64,000 nt of DNA, from positions 25,482,001 through 25,546,000 of the forward strand of contig NC_087260.1 in the NCBI RefSeq assembly GCF_037042905.1. Reading direction: 5' to 3'. Shown here in pieces: positions 39,292 through 51,300 of this stretch. Position 1 is the stretch's first letter. The number at the start of each line of letters is the position of its first letter. The notes below the pieces were generated by a model that saw only the letters and a list, made by a program, of their open reading frames with translations, was not told the DNA's origin and searched no databases. The stretch is from Lytechinus pictus (lineage: Eukaryota). The position numbers and the translations under genes were made by a program.

Positions 39292-39352
39292 TTACATGAC
39301 ATCATTCTCCATCTTACTGGAATAGGTAGCACTTTTTAGCACTTCCATCCAC
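39292..39352 (-). CDS. FARP1/2: FARP terminal coding exon (WMEVLKSATYSSKMENDVM*)
   Basis: ttcacag acceptor; RWMEV motif; TAA at 39292-39294. Confidence 0.95.
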
Positions 39353-42300
39353 CTGTGAAAAGAAAGAATGAAGAGAAATTTAAAAAAAATACTCCTGTGA
39401 GCTTTGAAAAGTGACAGTTTTAACCTTATCAAAGTGTAGATGGAGATTACAAAACAGTTAGGCAAACATGCTTCTATGAATTTATTTGCTCAATACTTTT
39501 GTAAATAAGTTAAGCCAATACAATCCATTACTTTATGTGTCATGCCTATATTAGAACATGATACATCAGAATGAATTTACAAGGTAAAAAGGAATTAAAT
39601 TAAGTATCAAAGGAATGACCTAGCTTATGATAGCTCATGGCACTGGACAATAATAGTCCAGTGCTGTTATTCTTAGATATGTGTAGACTCAAAACTATTC
39701 ATTTCCATTTTTCCATGAACTGTCCTACAAGATTTGGGACAACATGCTATTCATTATAGTATGGCCTTATCCATCGCTGGTATTATGCAACAATGTAAAG
39801 AAGATGTTTCACAAAATAAAGTGACTTTAAATCAAGCTTAAGTGCCAATGTGCAAATGAAATCTAACACATGGCCAGTTCCATAAAGTATCTTCGTCTAA
39901 CCTCCAATGCTAGGGATGTTCTTGAAATCCTTTGAACCCTAAATTTTATTTGTTTCTAGTTCAAATGAAAAGATGTAATGCTCTCAGATTACCATGGATG
40001 GAGCAGGTCATGAAGTAGAGCAAGAATAGAGAAAGATGGGGTTGGACATCCAAAAAGGTAAATTATTTTATGGCACTGCCCAGATAATCTGCATGACGAT
40101 GAAGTCGCACAGATATAACCTACATGAATATAGTCATGCTTAATATTTTGTGAAACACGCTCCCCCCCGCCATGTATGTTGACATTGAAAAGAAATTGTT
40201 ATGAGATGCTTACCTGCTGAATGTGTACTCGCTCTCTGCCCTGAAGAAATAGACGTGGGTCTTGAATTGTAGCTTGAAGACATAGTCTTTACGAATATCA
40301 TCCTCTTCAGCTGGTATCATCACAGAGTAGCCCAGTAGGGGGAGGCTCGCTAAGGGGTAATCGTCCTAAAGGGGAAAGGAATGAATATTCATTGGTATTA
40401 TCAAAGAGTAACCCAGAAGGGGGGGAGGATGGTTTAGGGGTAATAGTCATAAGGGGGAAAGGAATGAATATTCATTGGTATCTACACAGAGTAACCCAGA
40501 AGGGGGAGGCTCGCTAAGGGGTAATCGTCCTAAAGGGGAAAGGAATGAATATCATTAACTAAAGGGTAATCATTAAGCATTATCTGACTTGACAAGATAT
40601 TGCTATAAAGGCTGTGTCACATCCTTCCGTGCAAGCATTGCAGGGAACTATTTTGATACCCACAGGTCGCCCGCATTGACAGTATCTCACACGTATCAAG
40701 CACGCAGATGCCCACAGAAGCGCAGGCAAGAATGGTTTTGAACATTCTCTAAACTTTGTTGCGGGTGAGTTGCGGGGCAATCACCTGCAAGGCTTGCACG
40801 GAAGGATGTGACAGGGCCTTAAGCAACTGAAATACTGTAATTTGATTTGCTGAGTAACAAAAAGAGTAGCAAAAATGTAATAGACCAATAACAAAATGTA
40901 TGAAGCATGACCCATAGAAGAAATGACCAGACTAACCTGATGGCTTTTATAGAAGAAGAGACAGAAGTTTGTAAAAACCACCCACAGCTTCTGCCATCCA
41001 TTGCTGTTCTTGAATTTACGCAATAAAAATCCACTCAACTGATTCTGTCAAAGAGATAAAGAAGAAATGAAGAAATCCAATAATTACATATCAGTTGTGT
41101 TGTGTTTAAACACCACTAAAACAATCAGATGCATGTCCTAAATGTGTATATATTTTTTAAACCTTACATACACTTATTCTAGGGCCGAGTTTACGCGACC
41201 TCATAAGTGAGAATCACAAACACAAACATAAATCATGGCAAAAGCAATTCTCCAGAAATGTGTTTCAAAATGTTTTAAATCATGATTTTAGATTTAAAAA
41301 GTGGCACATAGACGAACCCTACGATGGATAAAAACTTAGCTCTTGTAATCCCAAATGAGACTGGTTCAACAGTCAAACTTAACTAAAATTCAGAGTTCAG
41401 AACTATAATTCTATGATTTGCACTCTTTCTTCTTTGAATATTTCAATTATTTTTCTACCTCCAACAGACAAATTTAATATAGCAATTTTGAATTTGACAC
41501 CATCCTTCACAAAAAAAATTGATGTGAAAGTACCTCTACGGCCTGGACATGATCCGCCATGCTAACGCTAGTATTACGATGCCAAAAAACATGAATGGTT
41601 GTATTAAAATATCAATGTGAACGTACCTCTACGGCCTGTACATGGTCCGCCATGCTTACACTGGTATTACGATGACAACAAACATGAACTGTTGTATTAA
41701 AATATCAATGTGAACGTACCTCTACGGCCTGCACATGGTCCGCCATGCTAACACTGGTATTACGATGCCAACAAACATGAACTGTTGTATTAAAATATCA
41801 ATGTGAACGTACCTCTACGGCCTGTACATGGTCCGCCATGCTAACACTGGTATTACGATGCCAACAAACATGAACTCTTGTATCAAAATATCAATGTGAA
41901 CGTACCTCTACGGCCTGTACATGGTCCGCCATACTAACACTAGTATTACGATGCCAACAAACATGAACCGTTGTATTAGCCCGATGGTGTGATTGACGAT
42001 CTATAGACTTGGACGGTGACGACACGTCGTCTTCTGCTTCCTCAAATGCTGAATCTTGGTCCGGCGAACCTATAAGAAAATCAAAAACGTCATGTTTCAG
42101 ATGGGCAGTGCTCATTTCATGCTGTTCGATTTAATGATTTAAAATCATTGTATTTCTACTGAGTATTTATGAAAAAAAAATTAACATAAACATGAAATTC
42201 AATTCCTAAAATAACATGCATATTGAACATTTTACTGCATGCACTTGGCAGTCTATTTAAATACATACACAAAATCAAGGAAGTTCAATATCTTTTATAT

Positions 42301-45300
42301 ATAATATCTTATGTTTCAGGAAAAGATATCATAAATTATGCTCAAAGGTAATTGTGCTTTTAATATCATGAATTTGTGTTTTAGAATGCATATGTAGCAA
42401 CTGAAGTAAACAAGTATAACTGTTTTGAATTTACATGTTTGTTTTCTTGTCCTACTTCTTCATCTCTTTCTCAGTGCTAGAACATATAAAATGGAATAAG
42501 CATTTACTATCATTATCATGCATAAACATTAACATGTGAGCTTCTGGGTTAAACATCGCAATTTCTCTGATAATAAACTAAGATTTGAAGTCTAACTTAC
42601 TTAATGTATCTGTAGGTTGGTCATCTTGGCACATACTCATTGCTAGCCTTATATCCTGTAGAAAAATGAAACAAAAAAGGAAATCTTGATAAATACATAT
42701 TTGGCAATTTTATAAAACAATCAACCTTTCTATTTGTCTAACCACATTTTTCTCCTTTTTTCAAATCAGTTCATTACCTGCCAAGGTCATTTTAATCTCA
42801 TAACATTAACAAATTTAAAATGATATAAAAAACAGAGACAAACTATTTCATGAAGGTCCCCAATATCAAAGATACGATGTACCGTACATGTTTTATGTTG
42901 AAATTAAATAAAGTGACCATATTAATGATATACAATCCTGAGTAAATAATAAATAAAACCTTTAGAAATCAAACTACCAAATGGTATACACAGGAGTTAT
43001 TTGCAAGAAAAAGAGTAATGTTTATGTTGATAAGAACCTGCACTCTCTTTAAGTGTACCACATCCCATAGGGCAAAGGTGAGCATGAATTGAACTAATAT
43101 CACATTCGTTATATACAAATATGTTATATGAAAAAAAAATCCACTTTTATTTATTTGTATAGCAAGATCAAACAGCAGTTTAATCTGAAAAGGCCAATTT
43201 ACAAACAATTAACTAAGGTAGCCAGTTATCGCTTTCTCCACATATTAAACTCCAAACAAAGCTTGAAGTCTGATGAAAAAAAATAAAGCCACCAGCATAA
43301 AAAGTTGGAAGGAGATGTGATTTAACTTAGCTTTTGCCTCAATGCCAAAGATTACAGCAGATTTAATTAAAGCATTTTTTGTTGGGGTATTTTGTTTGTG
43401 TGGCATTATGGAAGTGCACAAGGACGCTATAATCATAAGGTGATATGCGCTATACAAGAACTCTTTATTCTTCTTCTTCATATTATCATTATTCCAACTA
43501 AACATATCATCTGGCATAGGACAGACTTTGATATCTATTTTTAAAATCATTTTTTTTTTCTGTTTTGTATTATGTTGAATCTTACCTCCATCCATCTAAG
43601 CTTTTCTTCCGGTGTGCTTGCTGCTATGACAACTGTCTTGTTACCTCCGTATAATGTGAAGCAGTTTGCAACGGAGCGGTCAAGCTCACTATCTTCAAGC
43701 TGAAATTAAAAGGTAAAGGATTTTCTTGACAAAATGCACATGACATAAATTGTCCAGAAGGTAGCTTTTTCATCAAAGATAAAAAACTCATTCTTTTTTA
43801 TTATGTTCTTTACACAATGTAAAAATAAACAAAAAATGTTCTTTTCAGAATATAATTTAAAAAAATGTACTTAGGGTTAGGGTTTTAAAATATGTTCCTT
43901 ACACAACAACCATGAAACATTACGCGAATCCTGTGTTTAAAAAATACCCCACCAGCTTATAACACAGGAACTCCATTGCCTTGCGTGTTGTGTCAATGGG
44001 AGCTCAGGTGGGGTATTTGAAACCCCAATTTCAGATTTTGGGAGAGCTTCATTTCTCTCGTTTAAACTGGGGTGGGGTTCATCTGACTGCTGATAATGTC
44101 TTGCGTGTTAGTCAATGGGAGCTCAAGTGGGGTATTGACACCCCACTTTCAGTTTTTGGGAAAGTTTCATTTCTCTCGTTTAAACTGGGGTGGGGTCGAT
44201 TTAGTGACTGCAGCTGCTGATAAGAGCTGATAAAACACTGTGCATGCCACCACATCAGGCTGATGAACGGCATGGAGTGGGATTGCAGCTGCCCTTGTTA
44301 CGTAATAGTATAAACAAACTCTTCAGAGCTTCCTGGCTGACAGTAATCTTGAAAGAATATATTTGTATTCTATTTGTTTTAGGACATTAGCATGTCTAAA
44401 AACGATTCAAAATTTAGATGGAGATCGAACTGAAATTTTGAACGATGCAAAATGACCCACAATTGCCGAAATAACAATAGGTTTTAAAAAATCACCCCCA
44501 GTTAACTCCCTCTCTCTCTCCCCCTCTTGCTCTCTCTCTCTCTCTCTGCCAGGCCTTATGAAGGTCACTTCTCCTTGGGGGGAAGGTGGATTAGCTGGGA
44601 GAGTGTGTGGTTGTTTACTTAAGGATAACCATTCTTTGTTGATATTGGGATGGGGGGGGGGGGGGGGGCGAGTGAAAGTAGCTTGGAATTTGAAATTGGG
44701 GTGTCAGAGGAGATCCATTTTTAAACACAAAGTTCCGTAATGATAAATTGAAAGTATAGTAAGTGGATTTTACAAAGCTTTTGTCCTTTATCTATAAAGT
44801 TCCCCACTTTATTAATATAATTTCTTCATTCGTCTATCTCCGTACCTGTGATGCAACAATTCTAACATTTTTTAATGTTCTGCCAATGGATTATATATTT
44901 TATTTACTCATTTTATATCTAATAATGGTATACTCGCACTGTTAGTCTCTGGAGTTTTGTGGAATATTTAGATGAAACCTAATTGAATTGGATAAATAAA
45001 TTCATCCATTATCTATTTGGTCTATTTTTTATAATCATTGGAATTTTTCAACCAGCAATAACATAAGGAAATGGAACGATTTGATAAGTCAAATAATTTT
45101 TTCCTCTGCTTTGAGTGTAATCCAGGATATGTTTTTGACTCACCACAACTCCTTTGAGAGGGATTTGGCCATGAACTTTGAACTGGTTGGTAGGCGTGAC
45201 CCCTTTACTGGTATACACCAAGACGTCTGAGAAGAGAAAGAACATCCTCTGCTGGTATCCCTTACGGGATAGCTTGTGAAGACAACCCTCTCGGATGAAA

Positions 45301-48300
45301 TGCTGTGGGAATAAACAGAGATTTCCACATTGCTAAATTTCATAGAAGCATTGTGCAACCCCCCATGAAACTTCTACACAAATACCACTAACAATTTCAA
45401 TGTGAAATACCACCACCATCAACATAAATACCATAATAAGAATCCCCNNNNNNNNNNNNNNNNNNNNNNNNNNNNNNNNNNNNNNNNNNNNNNNNNNNNN
45501 NNNNNNNNNNNNNNNNNNNNNNNNNNNNNNNNNNNNNNNNNNNNNNNNNNNNNNNNNNNNNNNNNNNNNNNNNNNNNNNNNNNNNNNNNNNNNNNNNNNN
45601 NNNNNNNNNNNNNNNNNNNNNNNNNNNNNNNNNNNNNNNNNNNNNNNNNNNNNNNNNNNNNNNNNNNNNNNNNNNNNNNNNNNNNNNNNNNNNNNNNNNN
45701 NNNNNNNNNNNNNNNNNNNNNNNNNNNNNNNNNNNNNNNNNNNNNNNNNNNNNNNNNNNNNNNNNNNNNNNNNNNNNNNNNNNNNNNNNNNNNNNNNNNN
45801 NNNNNNNNNNNNNNNNNNNNNNNNNNNNNNNNNNNNNNNNNNNNNNNNNNNNNNNNNNNNNNNNNNNNNNNNNNNNNNNNNNNNNNNNNNNNNNNNNNNN
45901 NNNNNNNNNNNNNNNNNNNNNNNNNNNNNNNNNNNNNNNNNNNNNNNCATCATCATTATCTATCACTGTCATCATCATCTCATCGTCATCATCATTTTCC
46001 ATCATTGTCATCATCATCATCATCATCATCTCATCGTCATCATCATTATCTATCATTGTCATCATCATCATCATCATCATCATTAGCTATCATTGTCATC
46101 ATATGCTTGTTACCACCATAATCTCCACCCACCCTCCTTGCTTACCCTATTTGGTTGTATTAGCGTATCCATGCCCACCAGATCTCTCTGTAACTCAGTC
46201 AGTTTCTGGAAGTTCTCAATCCTCTTGACACTGTCCTCGATGTCTGCAGTCAGGTCTCCTACATCTCCCATGGCAGCTGAAAGAAAACCACACATACTCC
46301 TTTAACATGTTTCATACTGAAATTGGATGGTTCCTGTACAAAACTTATGGGAATCTCAGAATTCAGTAGACAACAGGTTAAAGAAAAACAGAGAAACTGC
46401 AAGATATTTAACTACCAAGGGCCATGAAGCCAATGAGGATAGATACTCTGGTAGGCTAATGATGTTACAAGAATCAACAGATATAGCCTAAACGGTGAGT
46501 GGAATTTGGGGGAGGAGGAACAACAAAAGTGTGGATCCTATCATCTTGGGATGGTTTTCTGAAAATTGTCTAATCTTTACTTGTAACTTTTATGTTATCT
46601 CAGTAAGACGAAAGAGCTCGCTATTAAATATAATCTCAAATCGGTAATCTGAAAATTGTCTCATCTCCGCAAAAATGTCTCATATTTCATCTCTGTAAGC
46701 GTCAATTTTTCCTTGGTCAACAAATCAATAACTGTTTTAAGATTTGATCGACCAATAGCATCATCTCTTCTGTAAAAACATTTAGCACATTATTGACGAG
46801 GCATTATTATCTTTGCATCCGTGATGTTCATGCTTCGGCACTACTGTGCTAAAGATACACATGGCTTGAAACCCTTGAAACTCATTTTCCCGAACAAAGT
46901 ATACAAATATCTGTGCTGGTTCACTACAGTATACACTCACCTTTGCAATCCTTGTAGTCTGGATGTGATGGTTGATAGTGCTTCACAAGCCCTGGAGATA
47001 AGAAAGGTTAAAAAGGAATTAAACAATTGACACATTAGATTATAATAATGGCTATCTTTTTATACTTCCAACCCCATTTACATCAATTCTTACTGAAGTC
47101 ACCATAATTTGAGAGCATTGCAGCTCTTCATATGAACTACCAAACAGAGACAAATCCTTTCGTGGAGGTCCAATATACTTATGGAATAAACCCAACCTCT
47201 TTCTTGTTTTGCATCATAGTCTGATATAATTTTGAAGAATTACATGTATTCAGTGTTTAAGTTTCCTAAAACAAACACGGTCTGGGTACCAGTGCTGCAA
47301 ACTAATAAATTCCTGACAGAATGACTGCATATCAATTGTTTTGGTACCCGGTAATCTAGTTGCTTACTAGATCTAATGACTGATTTTACTACGTTAACAG
47401 TGGGATAAATCAGGAGTTGTCAGAAAAAAACATTGACATTCAGTGTGCAAAGGATTACATACTTGATTTGTCCTTTTTTTTTTCTCTATTCTAATCAATT
47501 TTTATTGATAGATGGCCTTTAAGGAACTTTCGCACTTACTTTCTAGCACCAGTTTGTAATGTAACAGCCTCTGTACAGGTTTGAGAAGGAATGTGTTGAA
47601 GGGTAGATAGCAGACCTTCTGGATCTCAAAGTCACGATAGAAAGACTCAAACTTCTTGTTTTTTCTCAACGAGGCCTCCAAATCACTCAGGACCTCTTCC
47701 AGCTTTCCAATATAACCCGTGTACAGCTGAAAAAGTAGAATTTAAGAAGTTAACAAGAGAAATTTTAGAAAATGAATTTATATACAAATAAAGCATTTAA
47801 AATGAACGACAGTTGACCGCAAAACCCACAAGAAGTCAGCCAAAATGAACTTTTTGATTATTATTAAATTTTGAATAAAGATCCCAGACCAAACCTTTTG
47901 AAATGGCATTCATGTTGAAAAATTGGTCAATGACAACACTTGAAACAATGTAGAAGAAATTCACAGAGAGCTCCAAGAATGACATGTACAAAAAAAAAGG
48001 GAAAAAAATAGAAAACATGTTCTCACAGAAACTCTTCTACCACTTTTTGGGGTTTAACCTGCTATTTTAGAGGATCTTGGATGCTTTAATCATGTATTCA
48101 TCTTTTTAACCCTTTGGTGACTGAGTGATTTAGCTAAAACACATGTATTCCATAGACTCAAGCCCACACATATGAGTGCTCAGTCTTTAACAGGTTAATT
48201 TGAATGTTATGGTAAACTTACCTTCAAATGTTGAGCATTCTTGAGAAGTATATCACCTACTCTCTGGAAACCACCTTTGCCCTGGGCATTGGGCCTGCCT

Positions 48301-51300
48301 TCCCTGTAAGGAAACAAAAGCAAATAAATAGAGACAAAAGGAAATAACATGCATCATAGACTATTGCGCTTTTCAGTATAATTACGATTACATATGCGCA
48401 CACTTCCATCTTTGTATAATAACGCTAAAAACAGAATTACATATGTGAATATGGACTAAAGATTAATACCATTTGTGGTCAATTTCAAACCCAAGTGTCT
48501 GTTTGTATGAAAAAGAAAATATGTGCCAAAGCATTTCAGAAGAAATTGCGGAATGACTGAGAAATAAGCAAACTAAGCACAAAATTTCATCAAGATGATG
48601 GGTCTTTCCCCAGAAATAATAATACACTGTCTCACATGTTCTTATCTGTGTTGTTGATCTTCAGTGTAGTTGTTTTTTCAGCTTAAATTTCATGATTTAA
48701 CAAAGTCCAGATAATGTAACTGGACCTGAATGACATCTACGATGATAAAGTGACAATTGAACTTTGGTCTTACATGCTTTCTCATGGAATCAGTGTGTAT
48801 TGCAACTACATTCATTTTCTTTAATCAATGGCAAATGTTTGTTACACTTTATATCCTGCATTCCTCTTTGAAAAGGTACAATCATACATTTTATTAATGT
48901 CTACCAAATATCTAAGAATAATTTGGACTGAAATTGGTATCAAGTACCACAAATATTACTTTAAAAAATGTTGCGTATAGTAAATATGTCTTGAAATTTG
49001 CCGATGAATGCAACAAATATCTATTTCTGTTCTAGGGAACATAGGTGAAATCAATGTGGGGAATGTCCTACACAACAGAAGAACTTAAAAAAATATCATC
49101 TCGGATATTAATGCTCATTCTTAATTGCTCAAATTACACCATATCATAAAACTGTCCAGCGTAATAGCATTCTTTTAAAGGCCTGGTCCCACTGTCCGAC
49201 TGACACAAAACGTACGCATGACAGATACAGCGGACATGCAAAATTTTGGGGTGGCTCCATCCGTTTTCATCCGCTCCAGACAATGGACAAAATGGGCAAA
49301 CAATGAAATCACAGTAGACGGATACTCGATGTATATAGAGTGTATATGAAACATGTATGCAAAGATTACACAATGGATACAAAACGTTTTCCAACAGATG
49401 GCAAGATTCGTTTATGTTTTACATCCTCTCTGCATCTGTAAGTGCAGTGGGACCAAGCCTTTAGTCATTTTGTTAAGGGCAATTCCATAGGTTGGTGGAC
49501 ATGAGCTCAATGTGTCTTTATACATATAGCCCATCTGAACCGTAACGTGAGTAACCAATTTATCTGCACCCCTAGTAAAAACCATGTGTTCTTTATTTTT
49601 TTAATTATATACAAATTTGTCTCCCTAATATACTTCTTTGAAATGGATATAATCAACTTTCATAAAAGCCTTGTATGAGGACACTTTTCACTTATGTCCA
49701 CTTTTCATTTTATGCATGTCCAAATCATGTAACATGAGTAACCGACACATTTCAAAGATTTGCCGGGAGCATAATGAAATTTCCCAAGTTTTGTTTTATA
49801 CAAAGGATAGTCAGACTGCGTACTATATTGTGATAAAGAGATGTTTAGTTCCTATCAATAATAATGGAGTTACAGCTCCAAGTATGAGTCAAGGTGTCTC
49901 CATATGTAACCTGGGTAACCGTGGAATAGCCCTTAATATGTGAAAACTGCATACAATAATTGAAGGTCCAATAAAAGATCACTAGCACCTTGCCAAAAGG
50001 ATAAATAGCATCTTTATAGCGGGGCACCTGCTAAAAGACGTGGTGTAGCACAGACTTCTGACAAGTTGCCTTAGAAATAACTAATGAAATAAATGAATTC
50101 TTACCATGATGAAAGGCGTTGTTCGACTTCTTTGAGGAATTTACAATGGAATTCATAAATAGGATCTAAATGACTGAAGAGAACTTCAAGGGTCTCTGGT
50201 AGATTGGCCTCATTCGTTGTTGCTTTCCGGAACCACTAAGAAATAAAATAACATCATTAAGAGCATTAATAAGACTTACACACAAGAATCTTTGGAACAG
50301 TTCTATTAAACAAGTTTGGATTCTTTCAACTGTAGATCATAAGTAAGGGTATTTAGTCTGATGCCTATGCAAAATGATAGTAATGTGGATCTTTATCATT
50401 TGATAAATCATCCTCATTTCAAAACCAAGGCCAGTCAGCAGAACTAGTCATTAGTATCAGTCACCAGTGTGTTGGCTCAATTGGTAGAGCGTCCGCCTCA
50501 CAACCGGAACGTCTTGGCTGTGTCAACCAAAAGACGGGAGTTGCTGCTACCCTGTTTGGCGTTCAACGATTTAAGGGATAGAGCAACATCGATCTGGTGC
50601 TGCTCAGTTGCTGCCGGGCCCCAATCAATTGGGCAAAATGAATTTGAGGATTTCTGTTTTCTGATTTCTATTTTGAACAATAAAATATGGATGATCATTA
50701 TCATCATCAGCAAATTTGCCTACATTTATTAGCTGAAATAAATGATTGGTCATGAGATAGATTTCAGCTAATCATTTGATTTAGGATCCATATCACCATT
50801 TTAAAATAGGATCCATATCACTATTTTACAATAATATCTTTAAAGGGGTGAATCATCTTTGTTGTGTGTAATAAACATTTGATTCTGATGGAATGAAAGG
50901 AATACTGTATTGTTTCCTAGTGTATAATCAACAATACCTGAAAGCTTTAGACAAAATGGAAGTAAATGATCTAGTCAAGCGACAAATAATCAAGGTAAGC
51001 TGTACATTGTGCCTGATAATGCATTCTACATACATGTACATATACTTCATGCAGGTGAGAAGCATGATAAAGCCTGTTTATTCTAGGTTTTTTTTAAAGA
51101 AAATACTCACCTGGCATATGGTGAAAATGCATAAAAGTTGCATTGTTATGTTTTGTAGTTTATGACATTTTGATTAGAATAATTTGTCAATATCAAATAT
51201 CTCATCAGATGGGGTCTTTAAATTCCGATTTACATTTGATACTTACTACTACAACTACTTCCAAGTCTTTGAGATATGTTCTTTCTGTTGTCAATATCTC

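Larger units (their letters stand above)
30103..45947. other. Four N-runs (gaps or masking): 30103-30330, 30540-30847, 33373-33606, 45448-45947
   Basis: Seen directly; three abut obvious microsatellites. Confidence 0.99.

Noticed and set aside
41521-41978. CRISPR-like array
   Set aside because: There are no unique spacers, the whole 93-bp unit repeats, it derives from an exon, and the context is eukaryotic with no cas genes.
45333-46121. Long ORFs of 207-239 aa (and similar ORFs at 30057-30871 and 33309-33760)
   Set aside because: Artefacts of N-runs and microsatellites.
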